Source of the DNA: Planctomycetota bacterium
GTDB lineage: Bacteria > Planctomycetota > UBA1135 > UBA2386
Assembly: GCA_947501605.1 (NCBI GenBank)
Contig: CANMWZ010000005.1
Coordinates: 32,001 to 96,000, forward strand
Reading direction: 5' to 3'
DNA: 64,000 bases
Part shown: positions 27,885 to 37,538 of the stretch, piece by piece
Layout: the number at the start of each line of letters is the position of its first letter
How positions within the stretch are numbered: the first letter of the stretch is position 1
Position numbers and translations under genes: made by a program
The notes under the pieces: model-generated
Database searches by the model: none
What the model saw: the letters and a program-made list of their open reading frames with translations, nothing else
Told to the model about the DNA's origin: nothing

Positions 27885-30694
27885 TTTTGTACCTCGCGGT
27901 TGTCGACGGCGATCGCGCCGTTGCAGGCGACCAGCAGCACGCGGCTGCCGGGTTCGAACGGGTCTCCCGAGAACACGACGAAGTCCGCGTCGCGACCGCG
28001 CTGCAGCGAGCCGATGCGGTCGTCGAGTTGGAAGGCGCGCGCGGCATTGCTGGTGATCGCAGCGAGCGCTTGGTCTGGTGCCATGCCGTAGCGCACGGCG
28101 TAGGCCGCGTGCAGTGGCAAGAACCGCGCGCCGGCGCAGTCGCCAGTGCCGAACACGACCGGCAGGTCGAGGTCGCAGAATCGGGCGGCGGCATTCACGA
28201 GCTTGGCACCGTCCTCGCGAACCACTTCGGGTTCGAGCAGGACGGGTGGGCGGCTCTGACCCAACATGCTGCTGTCGTCGAGCAGGGCGTCGGCGCCGTG
28301 CAGCACGAACGGGAGCTTCTCGGCCGTCAACAGCGCGACGACGGCGCGGAGCGCGGCGAGGCGCTGCACGCGCACGACGAGCGCGGCGTGACCGCCGACG
28401 ACGGCGCGCATGGGTTCTTGGTTCTGGTCGACGTCCGGCTTCTTCGGTGCATCGCTGGGCTCGTCGTCGGCGAGCGCGGACGACGGCTTGCTGGTGCTGC
28501 CGCCAGTGGTCTTCGACACGCGCTTGGCTGTGAGTGGCTGGTCGCCCATGGGGCCGAGCGACAGGGTGCCGTCGAACGCATCGTCCTTGATGGTGCCTTC
28601 GATCGAGGCCGAGCCGCCCATGCCGCGGAACTCGAGCTTGAGCTTCGCTCCGTCGTAGGAGCCGGTCTCGATGCTCTGCTCCGGCAGTTCGCGTTCGCCG
28701 ATCGACATGCGGATCTTGCCGGTGACCTTCTCGCCTTGCAGTTCGAGGTCGAGCAGCACCTTGATCTGGAACCGGCCCTGAAGATCCAGCATCGCCTCCC
28801 AGGTGCCGGTGACGGGGTCCGGTTTGGCCTCCGCCTTCGGCTCGGGCGTCGGCGGCGGCGGCGCCGCTGGCTTCTTGCCCGACTTGTAATCGGCCATCGC
28901 CAGCTCCCAATCGGTCCAGGTCTTGGCGTATGCGCGCGCCCGGTCGATGGCTTCCTTCAGCGGTTTCTCGCTGTCGGGGCCGATCGCATCGAAGACCATG
29001 CGCTGCGCACAGATTGCGCGCACGAGCATGGCGTCGTGGTCGCGAGCGCCGGTCTTCACCGCCGTCACGCGCCCACTCATGAGCCCACCGTCCTTGCCCG
29101 AAGCGAGTACCGTGGTCACCCCTTGTTCGAGCGCCGCTTCGAACATCGGGTCGTCGAACGCGATCACCGTGTCGAGCGGCTGGCCGCTTGCACCGACGGG
29201 CACGCCGCTGCCTTCGCCGGCGAGACCGAGGTGGCTGTAGGCATCGACAAAGCCAGGCGTCATCACGGCGGTGGGCAGATCGACAATGCGGGCGCCGTAG
29301 GGGATCGACAGTTGTTCGCCGACGGCTTTGACGCGGCCGTTCTGCACCAGCAGCACGCCATCGCGAAACACCTTGCCGGTGCCGTCGAGGATCTTGCCGC
29401 AGCGGATCGCCAGCAGTTGGTCCTCCGTCGGCCGCTGGAAGGCGCGGTGGCCGTCGATCCAGGTGCTCTCGACCATCGTGCCGATGGCCAGCGGATCGCC
29501 ACTCAGCACGACGAAGTCGGCGTCCTTACCGGGCGCCAGCGTGCCGACGCGGTCTTGCACGCCGAGGATCGCGCTGGCATCGGCGCCAACTGCGCGCAGT
29601 GCGGCGGTAGCGGGCAGGCCGTTGCGGACCGCGAGGCCGACGGCGAGTAAGTAGTCGCGCAGCGGCGTGCCGGGCGCCGGTGCTAGGCCGACGGCCAGTC
29701 CGGCTGCGGCGGCGCGCGCGGGCGCATCGAAGTGCGCTTCGGGCAACTTCTGCGCGCGGTCTTCGCCGCCGGGATTGCTGCGGCCAAGCTGAACGGGCAG
29801 GCGAAAGACGGCGGCGAGACCCTGCTGCTTGCAGAGATCGGCGAGCGGCGCGATCTCCATCGGGTTCTCGAGCACCATCGGCATGCCGAACTCGCGCTGC
29901 AAGGTCAGGGCCCGGCGGATGTCGGCTGCGCGCCACGCCGCGGCGCGCACCGGCAGCCTGCCGGCGGCGGCCTGCGCCAGCGCCGTGCTGTCGTACTGGT
30001 TCTGAGCCGCCCCTTGCCCCTGAAGTCCGGTGGCGGTCTTCGCTTCGCGCAGCAGCGCGCGCAACTCGGCGAGCACCGCGATACGCGCAGTGGGCGTTTG
30101 GATGCGCGCGGGCAGCAGCGGGTCTTCGTCAGTCGGGTGGACCGTCGGCTCGAAGACGCGAGGCGCGTTGGTGCCGCCGTCGTCGAAGTTGAGGCGCAGG
30201 GACGCGTTCTCGCTCAGCACGCGCTGCACGAGATCGCGGCCCGCCGTCTTGACCACCGCGCCTTGGCCGGAGCACAGGCGTTGACGACCCGGCGAGAGAT
30301 AGACGGTAGTGACGCCACCCTCGAGTGCCGAGCGCAGTGGGTATTCGAAGTCGAAGCCGTCGATCGCGAGCACGTCGGGCGTGACGGCATACTCGTCGTC
30401 GCGTTCGGCGCCGAGATCGCTGTCGACCGCCACCAAGCCGGGCATCACAACCCGCCCGCTGGCGTCGACGATCGGCAGGTCGGTCGGTGCCGCGGTCTCG
30501 ATCGCCGCGATCTTGCCATTGCGCACGACCAGCCACGCATCGGCGACCGGCGGACTGCCATCGCCGCGGAGCAAGGTGCCGCAGCGCACCGCGAAGTCAC
30601 CGCTCGGCGGCGCCGGCGTCGCGGCATCCTGGGCGACGCTGGTTGGCGAGCAGAGTGCGAGCGCCGCGGTGAAGCGAAGCCACGTGCGCGACAT
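27881..30694 (-). CDS. Secreted tandem two-domain amidohydrolase-family protein A5 (both sites degenerate)
   Basis: Domain 1: MPGLVAVDSD...GTLAPGKDADFVVLSGDP. Domain 2: TPGFVDAYSH...GSLQRGRDADFVVFSGDP. Confidence 0.87.
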   Translation of the reverse strand: MSRTWLRFTAALALCSPTSVAQDAATPAPPSGDFAVRCGTLLRGDGSPPVADAWLVVRNGKIAAIETAAPTDLPIVDASGRVVMPGLVAVDSDLGAERDDEYAVTPDVLAIDGFDFEYPLRSALEGGVTTVYLSPGRQRLCSGQGAVVKTAGRDLVQRVLSENASLRLNFDDGGTNAPRVFEPTVHPTDEDPLLPARIQTPTARIAVLAELRALLREAKTATGLQGQGAAQNQYDSTALAQAAAGRLPVRAAAWRAADIRRALTLQREFGMPMVLENPMEIAPLADLCKQQGLAAVFRLPVQLGRSNPGGEDRAQKLPEAHFDAPARAAAAGLAVGLAPAPGTPLRDYLLAVGLAVRNGLPATAALRAVGADASAILGVQDRVGTLAPGKDADFVVLSGDPLAIGTMVESTWIDGHRAFQRPTEDQLLAIRCGKILDGTGKVFRDGVLLVQNGRVKAVGEQLSIPYGARIVDLPTAVMTPGFVDAYSHLGLAGEGSGVPVGASGQPLDTVIAFDDPMFEAALEQGVTTVLASGKDGGLMSGRVTAVKTGARDHDAMLVRAICAQRMVFDAIGPDSEKPLKEAIDRARAYAKTWTDWELAMADYKSGKKPAAPPPPTPEPKAEAKPDPVTGTWEAMLDLQGRFQIKVLLDLELQGEKVTGKIRMSIGERELPEQSIETGSYDGAKLKLEFRGMGGSASIEGTIKDDAFDGTLSLGPMGDQPLTAKRVSKTTGGSTSKPSSALADDEPSDAPKKPDVDQNQEPMRAVVGGHAALVVRVQRLAALRAVVALLTAEKLPFVLHGADALLDDSSMLGQSRPPVLLEPEVVREDGAKLVNAAARFCDLDLPVVFGTGDCAGARFLPLHAAYAVRYGMAPDQALAAITSNAARAFQLDDRIGSLQRGRDADFVVFSGDPFEPGSRVLLVACNGAIAVDNREVQK

Positions 30695-30696
30695 GT

Positions 30697-31992
30697 TCAC
30701 TTGCTCCCCGAGGCAGCCGCGCCGGTGCTCGATGTGTCGAGCAGATACTTCAGCCGTTGGTCCTTGCTGCGCTCGTAGACCAGTTGGCCTTCGAGGACGA
30801 CGGTCTCGACCCAAGTGGTCGCCTGCATCGGGTCACCGGTCACGATCTGCAGGTTGCCGAGCTTGCCGACTTCGAGCGTCGCGAGCTGGTCCTGCAGGCC
30901 GAGCAACTCGGCCGGCACGGTGGTGAGCGCAGCGTAGGCTGTGCTGGCGTCGATGCCTTGGCGCACGCAGGCAGCGAGCTGCCACCAGGGATACGAAGTC
31001 GGGCCGCTCTGCCCGAGGCTCAATGCGAACGGGATGCCGGCATCGGCCAACAGCTTGGCGACGCGGATCTTGGTCTCCTTGCGCGTCTCGGGGTCGGTCT
31101 CGAAGAACTCCAGCGTCTCGTCGAGCACAACGGGGTGTTTGGCGGCCTTCAGGAGGTCTACGGCGCGGTGCACTTGCGGCCCCAGCACTAGGACCAGATC
31201 GAGTTCTGTCTGCAGGCGCATGGCCTCCGGCACTTCGGCCGAGCCGGGCACATAGAGCCAACCGCGGGTCTTCTTCTGCAGCAGATCGAGCACCGGCTTC
31301 TTGGTGCGATCCCACTCTTCGGTCCACTTCTTGTCCTTGTCGATCGCACCCGACTTCTGCTCCTGTTCGAACTCGGCCTTGCGGCGGTCGAAGTCGGCGA
31401 GGTACTCGCGCGCGTCTTCGAGGGCTCGGCGCAGTTTGCGAATCTGCAGCAAGCGACCACCGCCCTGCGGTTGCAACGACAGCTTGAGCCCACTCTGGGT
31501 GCTGACGGCCATATCCTCGACCGTTCGGCCGAACGGGCGAACGACGATGCCCGAGCCGCCGAGCAGCGTCATGTTGCCGGGGATGGAATGCACGGTGCCA
31601 ATGCCCGAACGCAAGCAGTCCTCGAAGAAGGGGCTCGCCGGATCGAGTGCGTCGGAGATCTTGACGAACGCGACGTTTTCCATGCGCTCGTTGGCGCCGC
31701 GGGCACCGCCTTGGCTGTGCGCGAGGACCCAAGTTGGCAGCACGACTTTGCCGGTCGCGTCGAGGACCTTCGCTTCCCACGGCACTTCGATGTCGGCCAC
31801 GGGTCCGATCTTGGTGATGCGCCCATTCTCGATCAGCACGGTGGCGTTCTCGAGCACGGGCCCGTGCATCGTGTGCACTCGCCCGCCCTTGACCGCGATC
31901 AGGTCCTGCGCGCGCGCAGGAGCCGCGGCCAGCGCGGCGAACAGGAACGCGGACAGCGCGGTCGTTGCGACCGTTCGGCGAGTGGAGTTCAT
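30697..31992 (-). CDS. Secreted amidohydrolase-family protein A4 (degenerate site)
   Basis: LDATGKVVLPTWVLAHSQ; TLEVGKLGNLQIVTGDP; signal peptide. Confidence 0.85.
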   Translation of the reverse strand: MNSTRRTVATTALSAFLFAALAAAPARAQDLIAVKGGRVHTMHGPVLENATVLIENGRITKIGPVADIEVPWEAKVLDATGKVVLPTWVLAHSQGGARGANERMENVAFVKISDALDPASPFFEDCLRSGIGTVHSIPGNMTLLGGSGIVVRPFGRTVEDMAVSTQSGLKLSLQPQGGGRLLQIRKLRRALEDAREYLADFDRRKAEFEQEQKSGAIDKDKKWTEEWDRTKKPVLDLLQKKTRGWLYVPGSAEVPEAMRLQTELDLVLVLGPQVHRAVDLLKAAKHPVVLDETLEFFETDPETRKETKIRVAKLLADAGIPFALSLGQSGPTSYPWWQLAACVRQGIDASTAYAALTTVPAELLGLQDQLATLEVGKLGNLQIVTGDPMQATTWVETVVLEGQLVYERSKDQRLKYLLDTSSTGAAASGSK

Positions 31993-33224
31993 TGCTTGGA
32001 GGTCGTGTCGTTGCCGTTGATGACGACGGTCGTAGGAGTCGAGGCCGGATCGAATGGGTCGGTGGACCAGACGACGAAGTCTGCGTCCATGCCGGCCTCG
32101 AGGCGGCCCTTGCGCTCAGCGAGGCCGAGTAGCTTGGCCGGTTGCGAGGTGACTGCCGCGAGCGCTTGTTGGCGTCCGAGGCCGAAGCGGTGGGCGAACA
32201 TTGCTTCGCGCACGAGTTCGGTGGCGTTGGTGTTGCTGCCGGTGGTGATGACGAACGGGATGCCTCGGTCCTGCAGGTGCTTCAGGGTCGCAAAGCGCGG
32301 TTCGGCGCCGTCCTGGCCAGCCGAGCCGCCGACCGCGCTGGCACTCGGGGCGCCGACCATGACCCACACGCGCGCTTTCTGCAGTTCGTCGAGGACGAGG
32401 TACGCGTCCTGGGCCTCGTCGATCACCGGCGTGTAGCCGAACTCATCGGCGAGTCGCAGCGCCGTGCGCAGGTCCTGCTCGCTGCGCGCCGTGGTCACCA
32501 GCGGCAGCGATCCCTGCAAGACGCGGGTGAGCACCGACAGGTCGCGCTGTTCTTGCGTCGTGCGCGTCGTCTTGGTGCCGCCCTGGGTCTCGGCGATCTG
32601 CTCCTTGGCGTCGAAGAACGCGCGCCGCGCCGACCAGATGACGCCCATGCGCGAAGTCGGGCGCCGGTAGTAGATGGAGTCGACGTTGCCGCCGCGGATC
32701 GCGCGATTGCCCATCGACGGCTCGGCGCCGAGGACCAGGCGCAACGAGGCCTCGTCGCGCAGGACCATCGCCGCTGGGTCGCTGGCCCAGGTCTGCAGCA
32801 CGACCGACAGGCCGCCCATCACGCTGCGGGTGCCCGGCATCAAGTGCACGGCAGTCACTCCAGAGTTGCGGGCGCGTGCGAGGGCAGGATTCTGCGGGTC
32901 GAGGCTGTCGAGCACGCGCAGCGCTGGCGTGATCTCCGTGCTCTGCTCGTTGCCGTCGGCTTCGGCCACGCTGCCATCCCAGGCGGCGTCGATCAGGCCC
33001 GGCGTGATCACGAGGCCGTTGCACTCGACGATGCGGGCGCCGTCCGGGATCGTCGTGCTGGCGCCGCCAACGGTCTGCACGCGGCCGTTCTGGATCACCA
33101 GGACTGCGTCGGTGATGGGCGCGCGGTCCCCGGGCCACACGGTCGCGCCGCGGTAGACGACGGGCAGGTCTTGCGCGAACGCCGACGCGGCGAACAGGGC
33201 AACGGTGGTCGCAACGCGCAGCAT
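31989..33224 (-). CDS. Secreted amidohydrolase-family protein A3 (metal ligands absent)
   Basis: TPGLIDAAWD; PTSRMG; GRLEAGMDADFVVWSTDP; signal peptide. Confidence 0.85.
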   Translation of the reverse strand: MLRVATTVALFAASAFAQDLPVVYRGATVWPGDRAPITDAVLVIQNGRVQTVGGASTTIPDGARIVECNGLVITPGLIDAAWDGSVAEADGNEQSTEITPALRVLDSLDPQNPALARARNSGVTAVHLMPGTRSVMGGLSVVLQTWASDPAAMVLRDEASLRLVLGAEPSMGNRAIRGGNVDSIYYRRPTSRMGVIWSARRAFFDAKEQIAETQGGTKTTRTTQEQRDLSVLTRVLQGSLPLVTTARSEQDLRTALRLADEFGYTPVIDEAQDAYLVLDELQKARVWVMVGAPSASAVGGSAGQDGAEPRFATLKHLQDRGIPFVITTGSNTNATELVREAMFAHRFGLGRQQALAAVTSQPAKLLGLAERKGRLEAGMDADFVVWSTDPFDPASTPTTVVINGNDTTSKQ

Positions 33225-34450
33225 CACAGCGTCTCCTTGCTCTTCGGCGCCGGTTCGTTGGGCTTGGTCGCGCAAGCGCCGGCGGCGCCGAACAGCAACT
33301 GGCCGTCGCCGTAGACGGCGAGCAAACGGGAACCAAGGTCGAGGGGATCGCCGTCGAAGACGACGAAGTCGGCATCGCAGCCGCGGCGCAGCGAGCCGTG
33401 CGTCGCCGCCACGCCGCACAGTTCCGCCGGTGTGCGGGCGAGCGCAGCCAGCGCCGTCTTCTTGCTGCAACCGTGTTGCACCGCGAGCGCCGCGCTGCTG
33501 CGCGTCAAGCGAGGCGAACCAGCAAAGCAGAACGCCACGCCCCTGGCTTCGAAGCGAGCGGGGAGAGTCAGCATCTCATCGCGCAGTTCGGGGCGCAGCG
33601 GCGGCAGGATCACTGCCGCGCGCGCGGCGACGATCTCTTGGATGCAGTCAGAGGCCTCGTTGGCCCCGGCGATCACCGGCTCGATGCCGAGTTCTTTGCA
33701 GAGCGCCAGCGCCGCGAGGATCTCGGCGCGGGTGTCGGCATGCACGACGGCGCGGCGTTCGCCGCGCGCAACGGCGGCGAGCGCAACGGCCTCGGGCCCA
33801 GTCAGCGTGCCACTCTTCGCTTCGCCAAACGCGTTGCGCAACAAGTCGACTGCGCCCATCAGCGAAGTCGGCTGCCGCTCGGGATTGCGCGACGCGGCGA
33901 TCAGCGAGAACTTGGCGTAGATCTGTTCCAGGCGCAGCGAGCCCATGGATTGCGAGTCCTTGCCGCCGACCCCGGGCTCGACCAGCGCGGCGATGCCGCC
34001 GGCGACGTTGGTCGACGAGGGCGCGAGCGCGCAGCTCGTGAACCCGTGTTCGGGCAGTTGCCGCAGCATGGCGCCGGCTGGGTCAAACGCGTCGGCGGCC
34101 AGTAGGTCTGGCGTCAGCGCTACGGCGCGCTCGGCGAGGTCTTGTTCTTGGCCCAGCGTGCTGTGCGCAAGCACGAAGCCCGGCACGATCGTGGCGCGAT
34201 CGAACGCGACGATGGTGGCGCGGGCGCGGGCTTCTGGCGGGATCTCGCTGCCGAGCTGCGCCACCTTGCCGTCGCGGACCAACATCTCACCCGGTGAGAT
34301 CACGGTGTCCGGTGCGATGACCAGCGTGGCGCAGCGGACCAGCAGTTCTGGTGGTTGCTGCGCTTGCAGGGAGGCCGTCGCCGCGAGGGCCAGGAATACG
34401 AACGGCAGCAGCGCGCGGCCATTCGCCAGTGAATCTCGGGACGTCTTCAT
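33224..34450 (-). CDS. Secreted amidohydrolase-family protein A2 (degenerate site)
   Basis: VPGFVLAHST; PTSLMG; GSLRRGCDADFVVFDGDP; signal peptide. Confidence 0.85.
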   Translation of the reverse strand: MKTSRDSLANGRALLPFVFLALAATASLQAQQPPELLVRCATLVIAPDTVISPGEMLVRDGKVAQLGSEIPPEARARATIVAFDRATIVPGFVLAHSTLGQEQDLAERAVALTPDLLAADAFDPAGAMLRQLPEHGFTSCALAPSSTNVAGGIAALVEPGVGGKDSQSMGSLRLEQIYAKFSLIAASRNPERQPTSLMGAVDLLRNAFGEAKSGTLTGPEAVALAAVARGERRAVVHADTRAEILAALALCKELGIEPVIAGANEASDCIQEIVAARAAVILPPLRPELRDEMLTLPARFEARGVAFCFAGSPRLTRSSAALAVQHGCSKKTALAALARTPAELCGVAATHGSLRRGCDADFVVFDGDPLDLGSRLLAVYGDGQLLFGAAGACATKPNEPAPKSKETL

Positions 34451-36342
34451 CGCGGCTCCTTGTTCGGCTGCGTCGATTCGTACTGCACCGCGCCGGCCGA
34501 CCACACCGCGAGCACGCGGCAGTCGCTCTGCAACAAGGGCCGGTCGCAGATCAACAAGTCCGCGAGCTTGCCCTGTTGCAGCGAGCCCACGTCCTTTTGC
34601 ACGCCGAGGATCTCGGCTGGCGTAAGCGTGATGGCGCGCAGTGCAGCGCTGGCATCGAGGCCGTTGCCGACCGCAGTCGCGGCCATCAGCGGCAGGGAGC
34701 TGGCGCGGCGGCCGCTGCCACTGGCGATTGCAAAGACGACGCCGGCGTCGTGGAGCGCCTTGGGCAGAGCATCCGGTGCGAACGCCGCGAACGGTTCCGG
34801 CAGTTCCGTGGCGAAGGTGCCGGTCAGCACGCAGGCGATCGAAGCCGCGGCGAGCTCCTTGCGGACGCTTGCCGCACCGATCATGTTCTCGAACACCAAC
34901 CCGGGCACCTTCTTCGTGCGCGCCACGGCGATGCAGGCGCGGACTTCGTCGGGGCGCACGAGGTGCACGCGCAAGGGCAACGTGCCATCGAGCACCTTGA
35001 GCAGGGTGTCCTTCACTGGGTCGCGTGGGTCGGCCTTCGGATACTTGGGCCGCTCGGGTGGCTTCTCGTCGCCCTTGGCGTCGGGTTTGGCGCCAGCGTT
35101 ATCGGGCTTGGCGCCGGTGGGGAGGCCCGCGGCCGGCTTTGGCTCCTGCGGCTTTGGCGCGTCGGGCTTTGGTTGGTCGGGCTTTGGCTCCTGCGGCTTT
35201 GGCTCGTCCGGTTTCGGCTGCTCTGGCTTCGGCTGCTCTGGTTTCGGTTCTGCTGGCTTCGGTTCCGCAGGCTTTGGTTGCTCTGGCGGTGGCGACTCGG
35301 GCTTGGGTTGGTCGGGCTTGGGCGAAGGTGCCGGCTCGTCGCCGCCGGGTCGGCCGCCGCGGCGGCCACCGCGGTTCCCGCGCTGCCCAGGACCACGTGG
35401 CGCCTCGCCGCCGCCTTCGGTCCCGTCCGGAACCTTGGCGTCGGGCTTCGGCGCGTCGTCCCCGCCTGCGGCCTTCGGCGTCTCGTTCTTCGCGGCGTCC
35501 GCCTGCGCGGGCTCGTCCTTCTTGTTCTTCTTCTCGTGCCAGGCGACGTAGTCGGCGAAGTCCTTGGTGTACTTCTCCAGCGCCTTCTGCTGCTCGTCGG
35601 CCTTCTTGCGATAGTCGTCGAGCCCTTGGAACGCACCGAAGGCGCCTTCGATCGCACGCTGGCGATCGAGTGGGTGGGTGCCGGTCGGCGGGGCCGCGAG
35701 CTGCAGGCCGACACCCGCTTGCTCTTTGCCCGGCATCACCGAGAACCCGTTCTGTTTCGGCCGCACGATGGCGCCGAGGCCGGACCACGGTGTGCCGCGG
35801 CTGTTGCTGACATAGGCCGTGGTGATGCCGCTCTGGACGATGCTGTCTTCGCGATCTTGGCGCCGGCCGAGGGCTTCGGCGATCGGTGTCGCGGCGTCGG
35901 CCGAGCTGTCGTTGCGCGCGGCGTCGTCAAGAAACGCGTCCGAGCTGGCGTCGACGAGGCCGGGGTAGATGTGGGCGCCATCGAAGCGCACGGTTTCGGC
36001 GCCCTCGGGGATCTCGACTTCGCCCTGCTTGCCGACGGCGACGATGCGATCGCCGCGCACCAACACGACGCCTTCTTCGATGTCGGAAGCCGCGACCGGG
36101 TGCACGTGACTCGCCAACACCGCGACCGTGCGGACCGGTCGGCGACCGCCGCGCCGGGCCGCGGGGATCGCGGCTGGTTCCGTCGCTGCGGGCACGACGT
36201 CGGCCGGAGCTACCGGTTGTTCCGCCGCAGGCGGTGCCGGCTCCTGCGGCTTGGTTGCATCGGGCTCCTGCGCCAGCAGCGCAGTGGTGCAGAGGGGCAG
36301 GAGCCAGGCGAACAGGACCGAGGACGTCAGGTTTGGCCGCAT
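34447..36342 (-). CDS. Secreted amidohydrolase-family protein A1 (HxH absent; long low-complexity insert)
   Basis: YPGLVDASSD; GSLQQGKLADLLICDRP; signal peptide MRPNL...ALLA-Q. Confidence 0.85.
   Translation of the reverse strand: MRPNLTSSVLFAWLLPLCTTALLAQEPDATKPQEPAPPAAEQPVAPADVVPAATEPAAIPAARRGGRRPVRTVAVLASHVHPVAASDIEEGVVLVRGDRIVAVGKQGEVEIPEGAETVRFDGAHIYPGLVDASSDAFLDDAARNDSSADAATPIAEALGRRQDREDSIVQSGITTAYVSNSRGTPWSGLGAIVRPKQNGFSVMPGKEQAGVGLQLAAPPTGTHPLDRQRAIEGAFGAFQGLDDYRKKADEQQKALEKYTKDFADYVAWHEKKNKKDEPAQADAAKNETPKAAGGDDAPKPDAKVPDGTEGGGEAPRGPGQRGNRGGRRGGRPGGDEPAPSPKPDQPKPESPPPEQPKPAEPKPAEPKPEQPKPEQPKPDEPKPQEPKPDQPKPDAPKPQEPKPAAGLPTGAKPDNAGAKPDAKGDEKPPERPKYPKADPRDPVKDTLLKVLDGTLPLRVHLVRPDEVRACIAVARTKKVPGLVFENMIGAASVRKELAAASIACVLTGTFATELPEPFAAFAPDALPKALHDAGVVFAIASGSGRRASSLPLMAATAVGNGLDASAALRAITLTPAEILGVQKDVGSLQQGKLADLLICDRPLLQSDCRVLAVWSAGAVQYESTQPNKEPR
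35135..35322 (-). repeat. Imperfect 15-bp coding tandem repeat (about 12 units, PKPxx pentapeptide)
   Basis: ggctttggctcctgc / ggtttcggctgctct / ggcttcggttccgca-type units on the + strand. Confidence 0.85.
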
Positions 36343-36542
36343 GCGTACTTGGGGCGAGGAGCGGGCGCAGCGAGGAGGGTGCGGTTCTACGGACTCCGGC
36401 GCGCTTTGCGTGAAGCCTTTTTTGTGCCGCGTCATCTCGCTGCCATGGCTCCTAGTTGGGGAGCCCGCGTCTGTCCAGTCCCGGCATCGAAGTGCCGAAT
36501 GCTCGCCGTTGTCCTGCGACTCGGCCGCTCTATGCTGCGATC

Positions 36543-36833
36543 GTGACCCTCGTCGAGGTGCAGTTCGAACCAGCGGGCAAGATCGTGTTCGTCAGTCCAG
36601 GCACGACATTGCTGGCGGCGGGCACGGCGGCCGGCATCGATATCCCGTGTGGCTGTCGGCGAGGGATGTGCGGAACGGATGCGGTTGCGGTCGCACCGCA
36701 AGAGGGGATGGAGCCGCCGGGACCTGTGGAGCGCTCCACGCTCGAGCGAATGGGCCTCGAGTCAGTCTTCCGGCTGTCATGCTCGGCGCGCGTTCAATCC
36801 GGCATCGTCCGTGTCGATCTCGATCGCTTCTGA
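36543..36833 (+). CDS. 2Fe-2S ferredoxin (fer2)
   Basis: GTTLLAA...IPCGCRRGMCGTD...RLSC. Confidence 0.85.
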   Translation: MTLVEVQFEPAGKIVFVSPGTTLLAAGTAAGIDIPCGCRRGMCGTDAVAVAPQEGMEPPGPVERSTLERMGLESVFRLSCSARVQSGIVRVDLDRF

Positions 36834-36856
36834 TGTGCTGATTCTGAGGCAATGAT

Positions 36857-37477
36857 TTGACCCAACCCAGCGAGCGGCGGCGTCCCGTCCGAGAAGGCCT
36901 CGGCTTCTTCGGTACCTTCCTTGGGCAACCTGGCTCGATCGGCGCGGTGCTTCCCAGTACGCGCTACCTCGCGCGCGCGTTGGTCGGACGGCTCGAACTG
37001 CAGTCCGACGAACTGGTCGTCGAGTTCGGACCGGGAACCGGTCCGATGACCGCGGTGATCCGCGAACTGCTGCCGCCGCGCGCCAAGTACGTCGGCATCG
37101 AGTTGGAAACGAAGTTCCACACCTTGCTGGTCAAGCGCTTCCCGACGATGACGTTCCATCTGGGCAGTGCCGGTGACTTGCCCGCGATCCTGCGCGAACA
37201 CGGCTTGCCCAAGGCCATGCGCATCATCTCAGGGCTGCCCTTCGCCAGCCTGCCGGCGAAGGTCCAGGACGCCGTCGTGAATGGAGTGGTGGAGTGTCTG
37301 CATCCGGCTGGCGACTTCCGCACGTTCCAGTACATGCACGCGTATGGCATGGCCAAGGCGCGCCGGTTCCGCTCGCTGATGGATGAGCGCTTTGCGAGCT
37401 TCGAGCGCATTGGGCCGATCCTGCGCAACATGCCGCCGGCCTACGTGCTGCGCTATTGGGCTCGGCGCGACGCCTGA
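36857..37477 (+). CDS. Phospholipid/ornithine-lipid N-methyltransferase (PmtA/OlsG-like)
   Basis: Motifs [34 protein letters not shown] and RNMPPA. Confidence 0.8.
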   Translation: MTQPSERRRPVREGLGFFGTFLGQPGSIGAVLPSTRYLARALVGRLELQSDELVVEFGPGTGPMTAVIRELLPPRAKYVGIELETKFHTLLVKRFPTMTFHLGSAGDLPAILREHGLPKAMRIISGLPFASLPAKVQDAVVNGVVECLHPAGDFRTFQYMHAYGMAKARRFRSLMDERFASFERIGPILRNMPPAYVLRYWARRDA

Positions 37478-37538
37478 CCCTGAACGCTCTGCCTGCCGTA
37501 GATGAGGGGCACAGCGTGGGGTCTCGGGGCGCGAGCCG

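Noticed and set aside
35135..35322. CRISPR-like periodicity
   Set aside because: Contiguous 15-bp in-frame coding units with no spacers and no cas genes.
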